Below, in pieces: positions 7,256-11,095 of a stretch of 11,095 nt of DNA. The position numbers and the translations under genes were made by a program. Origin of the DNA: Myxococcota bacterium (GTDB lineage: Bacteria; Myxococcota_A; UBA796; CAJQPC01); contig DASCPX010000250.1 in the NCBI GenBank assembly GCA_036012755.1, positions 1 through 11,095 of the forward strand, written 5' to 3'. Position 1 is the first letter of the stretch; every line of letters starts with the position of its first letter. Below the pieces are notes generated by a model. The model did no database searches. It worked only from the letters and a program-made list of their open reading frames with translations, and had not been told where the DNA came from.

Positions 7256-8538
7256 GTGACGAAGACCGGGACCTGGGACGCTCCGGTGGAGACGTTCGCC
7301 AACGGTCCCGTCGCCAGTCGACACAGGAAGCCCGCGAAGCGCCCGCGGATCAGGAATGGGTCGAGGTCCACGGCCCGCTCCTTCAGGGCGTAGCCATCGC
7401 GCGCGTCGGGAAAGGCCACGAGCTGGTGCGGTACCCGCCGCTGGAGGATGTGGCCCGTGGCCGACTCCAGCGCCTCGACCCAGTCCGCCTCGGCGCTCTG
7501 CCACCCCAGCACCACCCCGGCGCCGCCGTGGCCCACCAGCGGCTTGAGCACGAGCTGCTGGCGGTCTTCGATGGCCATCGCCAGGAGCTCCTCGTCGTCG
7601 GTCACGTGCGTGGTCCAGGGCACGTGCTCGACGATCATGCGGCGCTCGGACGCCGACAGCTGGCTCTGGAACTCCGGGTCGTGGAGCAGGGCGAAGAGCC
7701 CCTTGCTGTGCAGGAGCACCGTGCGGAGCGAGTTGACCATGCAGATGGCGCCGGCCCTGTAGGCGTCCATCAGGGCCTTGCACTCGTCTGGTCGGGCCAG
7801 GATGTCCGAGACCAGCAGGCGGCGGTAGACGAGCCCGACGACCTCGCCTCGGAGGAACAGGCGCCCGCCGACGAAGTCCAGGTCTCGCGGGTCGGCGATC
7901 TCGCAGCGCACACCAGAGGCGCGGAAGGTCTGGCGCAGGAGCTCGAACTCCCAGCGCGTGGGCACGTCGCGGAAGTCCACGATGGCGATGAGGGGGGGGC
8001 CCGAGCCGCCGAACTCCTTCCATACCTCCTGGACGGCTCGCACGAGGTGTGGCGCAGAGGACAGGGATGTCGCTGCCATGCTCCGCATCAGCGGGTCCCG
8101 GGCGAAGACGGCCGAGAGCGCGTCCGCGTAGCCGATGCCCGCGGGGGACTCGGCGTTGAGCTCGAGGAAGCGTGGGACGTCGCCGTCCACGAAGCAGTCG
8201 ACCCTGGCGATGGTGGCAGCGGACCGGTAGCCGGGCTCGATGCGAGCCAGCTCCAGGGCTGCGGGCGTGATGCCCATGCGATCGGCGAGGCTGGCGGGAC
8301 GTCCGTCGAGGCCCTCTTCGATGATGGCGTTCTTCAGCTTGCGGATGGCGCGGTGGAGGAGCCCGAGGGCGCGGGTCACGCGCTTGACCAGGGCCTCGTC
8401 CACGAAGTGGGGCCGGCGGTGTACGCAGAGGGGCTCGCCGTCGTAGATGGCGCCGGAGGCGACCACCTCGCGCAGGAAGACCTCTGGGGAGATGGGGTCC
8501 CGGCGTATGCGCTCGTGCCAGCGGGCGATGGGGTCGAT
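7252..8538 (-). CDS. Circularly permuted ATP-grasp amide/peptide ligase (glutathionylspermidine-synthase-like fold)
   Basis: Motifs 'ARVDCF', 'RFLELNAESPAGIGY', 'IAIVD', 'V.LVYRR', 'SKGLFALL', 'HVPWT', 'LVLKP..G.GG.GV.LG' and 'ILQRRV'. The first canonical start is GTG 8466, but the frame stays open and protein-like up to ATC 8538 (see findings), so the start is uncertain. Confidence 0.85.
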   Translation of the reverse strand: MDPIARWHERIRRDPISPEVFLREVVASGAIYDGEPLCVHRRPHFVDEALVKRVTRALGLLHRAIRKLKNAIIEEGLDGRPASLADRMGITPAALELARIEPGYRSAATIARVDCFVDGDVPRFLELNAESPAGIGYADALSAVFARDPLMRSMAATSLSSAPHLVRAVQEVWKEFGGSGPPLIAIVDFRDVPTRWEFELLRQTFRASGVRCEIADPRDLDFVGGRLFLRGEVVGLVYRRLLVSDILARPDECKALMDAYRAGAICMVNSLRTVLLHSKGLFALLHDPEFQSQLSASERRMIVEHVPWTTHVTDDEELLAMAIEDRQQLVLKPLVGHGGAGVVLGWQSAEADWVEALESATGHILQRRVPHQLVAFPDARDGYALKERAVDLDPFLIRGRFAGFLCRLATGPLANVSTGASQVPVFVT

Positions 8539-8553
8539 GGTTAGAGGTCCTTC
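8539..8553. promoter_or_regulatory. 15-bp spacer carrying SD-like motifs for both divergent genes
   Basis: On the + strand, GAGGT (8544-8548) lies 5 nt before the holB GTG. On the - strand, GAAGGA (8553-8548) lies 9 nt before ATC 8538. Confidence 0.45.
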
Positions 8554-9552
8554 GTGTTCTCAGGCTATTCCGACCTGCTGGGCCAGGAGCCCACGATGCG
8601 GCAGCTCGTCCAGAGCGCCTCTGCCGGGACGCTGCACCACTGCGTCATCTTCGAGGGGCCGCCGAAGGTCGGCAAGCACACGGCCGCAGTTCGTATCGCG
8701 ATGGCGGCCGCCTGCGTCGGACGGGGCGACCTCAGGCCTTGCGGCGCCTGCCCCTTCTGCCGCCAGATGGCCAAGGGCCTCCACCCCGATCTGATCGAGG
8801 TGGTTCCGGATCCCGGGCGTAAGAGCGGCACGATCAGCGTCGCCCAGGCTCGTGAGCTCACCCGCCAGGTCCGCCTGCGGCCCTACTCGGCGCGGCGGCG
8901 CACGGTCATCATCGATCCGGTCGACATGCTCGTGCCCCAGGCGAGCAACGCCCTGTTGAAGACCCTCGAGGAGCCCCCGGAGGGGACCGGCTTCATCCTC
9001 GTGACGGCGCGGGTCAGCTCGTTGTTGCCGACGGTGCTCTCTCGCTCCCAGCGCGTGCGGTTCCGGGCGGCTCCAGAGGCTGAGCTCGTGCCCTTCCTCG
9101 AGGCCCGCGGTGTCGAGGACGCCAGGAGGATCGCGCGTCTGTCCATGGGCTGCCCTGGCAGGGCGCTCGAGCTCGGCGAGGGTGGCCTGGCCGAGTTGGA
9201 CGCGGTCAGGACCCGCCTCGTCGAGTTGGTCGACGGCAGCCTCCGGGAACGTCACGCACAGCTCGACAAGCTGTCGAAGCGAAAGGGCTCCAAGGCAGAG
9301 GTCCTCGCCTTGCTCGATGCCCTGGAGGTGCTCCTCGCGGACGCCTCCAAGTGGGCCTGCGGTGGCCGCGACGAGCTCGTGAACTGCGACGACGAGGAGC
9401 TCGTCCGGCGCTGGTCGGAGGCCCTCTGGCCGCGGGGCATCGAGACCCTCGCCCTGGAGATGGATCTCGCCCGCCAGCGCATGGAGGTCAACGTCAACCC
9501 TCGGCTCATGCTCGAGACGGTCCTGGCCCGCACGGCGAGAGAGCTGAGGTGA
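8554..9552 (+). CDS. holB: DNA polymerase III subunit delta'
   Basis: 'DLLGQE', 'HCVIFEGPPKVGK', Zn module 'C...PCGACPFC', 'HPDL', 'ISVAQAREL', 'ASNALLKTLEEPP' and 'LLPTVLSRSQ'; lies directly upstream of a TatD gene. Confidence 0.92.
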   Translation: MFSGYSDLLGQEPTMRQLVQSASAGTLHHCVIFEGPPKVGKHTAAVRIAMAAACVGRGDLRPCGACPFCRQMAKGLHPDLIEVVPDPGRKSGTISVAQARELTRQVRLRPYSARRRTVIIDPVDMLVPQASNALLKTLEEPPEGTGFILVTARVSSLLPTVLSRSQRVRFRAAPEAELVPFLEARGVEDARRIARLSMGCPGRALELGEGGLAELDAVRTRLVELVDGSLRERHAQLDKLSKRKGSKAEVLALLDALEVLLADASKWACGGRDELVNCDDEELVRRWSEALWPRGIETLALEMDLARQRMEVNVNPRLMLETVLARTARELR

Positions 9553-10325
9553 TCTTCGACAGCCACTGCCACCTCGATCCCCGCAACTACGGCGGCGACG
9601 CTGGCGTGGACGCGGTCGTCGAGACAGCCCGAGCCGCTGGGGTCACGCGCATGCTCAACGTGGGCGCTGGCTACGGTGACGGCTCGGCCCAGCGCGCCCT
9701 GGCCGTCGCCGATCGGCACGAGGGCATCTGGGTGAGTGTCGGCCTCCACCCGCACGACGCGAAGCTCTTCTCCGAGTCCGTGCACGAGACGCTCCTCGCC
9801 ATGTCCGAGCACTCCAAGGTCGTGGCCTGGGGAGAGTGCGGCCTCGACTTCTTCTATGACCACAGCCCACGGGACCAGCAGCGGCTGGCATTCCGCCGAC
9901 AGATCGAGACGGCGCTCCGGCTGGGGTTGCCGCTCATCATCCACGACCGGGACTCGGCGGGTGAGACGCTGGCCATCCTCGACGAACAAGGCGCCTTCGA
10001 TGGCCGCGTGCTCTACCACTGCTTCGCCGGTGACGCCGAGCAGATGGAGGCGCTCGTGCAGCGCGGAGCCCTCATCTCGATCCCTGGTGTCGTCACCTAC
10101 AAGAAGGCCGCCGACATGCACGAGGTCGTCCGCCGGGTGCCTGCGGGCCACTACCTCGTGGAGACCGACGCGCCCTTCTTGACCCCCGAGCCCCTGCGCG
10201 GTCGTCGCAACGAGCCCTGCCACGCGGCGCTGACGGTAGAGGCCATCGCCCGGCTCCGCGGATCGACCCCTGCCGACGTGGCGCGCGAGACCTGGGACAA
10301 CGCCACCGCATTCTTCGGTCTGTAG
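9549..10325 (+). CDS. TatD-family metal-dependent hydrolase/DNase (YcfH-like, 258 aa)
   Basis: Start revised to GTG 9549 (GTGA overlap with the holB stop). Motifs DSHCHL, GLHPH, GECGLDF, PLIIHDR, HCF, ETDAPFLTP and RG.RNEP; holB-ycfH synteny. Confidence 0.95.
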   Translation: MIFDSHCHLDPRNYGGDAGVDAVVETARAAGVTRMLNVGAGYGDGSAQRALAVADRHEGIWVSVGLHPHDAKLFSESVHETLLAMSEHSKVVAWGECGLDFFYDHSPRDQQRLAFRRQIETALRLGLPLIIHDRDSAGETLAILDEQGAFDGRVLYHCFAGDAEQMEALVQRGALISIPGVVTYKKAADMHEVVRRVPAGHYLVETDAPFLTPEPLRGRRNEPCHAALTVEAIARLRGSTPADVARETWDNATAFFGL

Positions 10326-11095
10326 ATGCTGCTGTTGTCCGCGTGCGCTCCCTCTGTCGAGGTCCCCGGGGATCCAGACGGCCTCGACTCAGTCGAGGAG
10401 ATCGGCGGGGTGGAGGAGACCGTCGACATCTACGAGCTGCCAGCGGACATGCCCACGGTCGAGGTCATCATCACGGCAGAGGCGATGGCTCGGCTCGACG
10501 CCGACCCCTACCTTGCAGAGGACGAGACCGGGACCTTCGTCGACGGGACGGGGCGCAGCTACGAGGTCGACCTCAACTACCGGGGGGCCTACGCGCTCAA
10601 GAGCGTCATGGCCTACTACGACCTCCGCAACTGGAAGGTGAAGTTCGGCCAGGACGACGACTACCTGAGCAGGCGGGAGTGGAACTTCAACTACGAGCCC
10701 CACTTCCGCCAGAAGCTGGCCTATGACCTCTTCCGCTTCGCAGGCGTCGAGGTGCCCTCGGCCCAGCACGTCGTGCTCCTGCTCAACGGCAGCTACCAGG
10801 GCATGTACCTGCAGTACGAGGATCCCGACAGCAAGGGCTGGCTCGACGACAGCTTCGGGGACGACGGGGGCGACCTCTACAAGGCGGCCACGGATCTCCC
10901 CGGGGTGCCCCAGTGCTTCGCGGATCTGACCGTGCTCGGCTCGGAGGACGCGGACTACGACTGCCACTACCAGAAGAAGACCAACCACAAGGACGCGCCA
11001 GGGGACTTCGGCGTGCTGCGTAGCTTCATCGACGGGCTGGCCCAGAGCGATCCCGCCTGGTTCGAGGAGAGCTTCGAGGTCCAGTCCTTCCTGGC
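10326..11095 (+). CDS. CotH kinase family lipoprotein (3' end truncated by the window; not in the ORF track)
   Basis: Hand translation from ATG 10326 gives MLLLSACAPSVEVPG...VDLNYRGAYAL...RNWKVKF...EWNFN...RQKLAYDLFRFAGVEVPSAQHVVLLLNGSYQGMYLQYEDPD...GDLYKA... and is open to the window end. RG, K.KF, LAY.LF...G...P, NG.Y.G.Y...E and G.LYK are CotH hallmarks. Confidence 0.88.
   Translation, partial: MLLLSACAPSVEVPGDPDGLDSVEEIGGVEETVDIYELPADMPTVEVIITAEAMARLDADPYLAEDETGTFVDGTGRSYEVDLNYRGAYALKSVMAYYDLRNWKVKFGQDDDYLSRREWNFNYEPHFRQKLAYDLFRFAGVEVPSAQHVVLLLNGSYQGMYLQYEDPDSKGWLDDSFGDDGGDLYKAATDLPGVPQCFADLTVLGSEDADYDCHYQKKTNHKDAPGDFGVLRSFIDGLAQSDPAWFEESFEVQSFL

Noticed and set aside
7256..8023. 256-aa N-terminal extension of the GT87 ORF in the track (apparent 823-aa protein)
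   Set aside because: Arg/Pro/Gly-rich off-frame read of the ATP-grasp gene; a coupled GTG start exists at 7255.
9351..9548. N-terminal extension of TatD (likewise 4246-4359 for the SDR)
   Set aside because: Off-frame overlap with the upstream gene; family motifs begin right at the coupled GTGA/ATGA starts.
622..10988. Long antisense or alternate-frame ORFs (e.g. 622-1590, 2779-4026, 2795-3580, 5780-7225, 7426-8544, 9252-10223, 10389-10988)
   Set aside because: They shadow well-supported genes, have no recognisable motifs, and are expected from stop-codon scarcity at high GC.
1..11095. CRISPR array, tRNA, IS/transposase, prophage or recognisable defence system
   Set aside because: No spaced direct repeats, cloverleaf-sized intergenic space, terminal repeats or such protein motifs were seen. 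TatD sits in its housekeeping holB context rather than a defence operon.

Overview
High-GC (about 70% by eye), almost fully coding bacterial DNA; gene content and protein style suggest a Myxococcota/deltaproteobacterium-like organism (inference). There are 14 credible CDSs in five blocks. (1) A four-helix-bundle gene (23S rRNA IVP/Avd-like) behind a GC-rich hairpin. (2) A minus-strand, translationally coupled four-gene operon: membrane protein, TM plus Zn-ribbon protein, PhnA-like Zn protein, Asp-box beta-propeller lipoprotein. (3) ttcA, overlapping tail-to-tail with the next block. (4) A minus-strand operon: circularly permuted ATP-grasp ligase, GT87-type glycosyltransferase, greB, RluA-family pseudouridine synthase, pteridine-reductase-like SDR. 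(5) holB, a TatD hydrolase and a CotH-kinase lipoprotein that runs off the end and is absent from the ORF track. No rRNA, tRNA, CRISPR array or transposase was seen. The most unusual signals are two lipoproteins with only 6-7 residues before the lipobox Cys and no basic n-region, a probable non-canonical ATC start for the ATP-grasp gene, and two divergent operons whose putative starts are 15 bp apart with back-to-back Shine-Dalgarno motifs. All family assignments are from motif recognition, not database searches.
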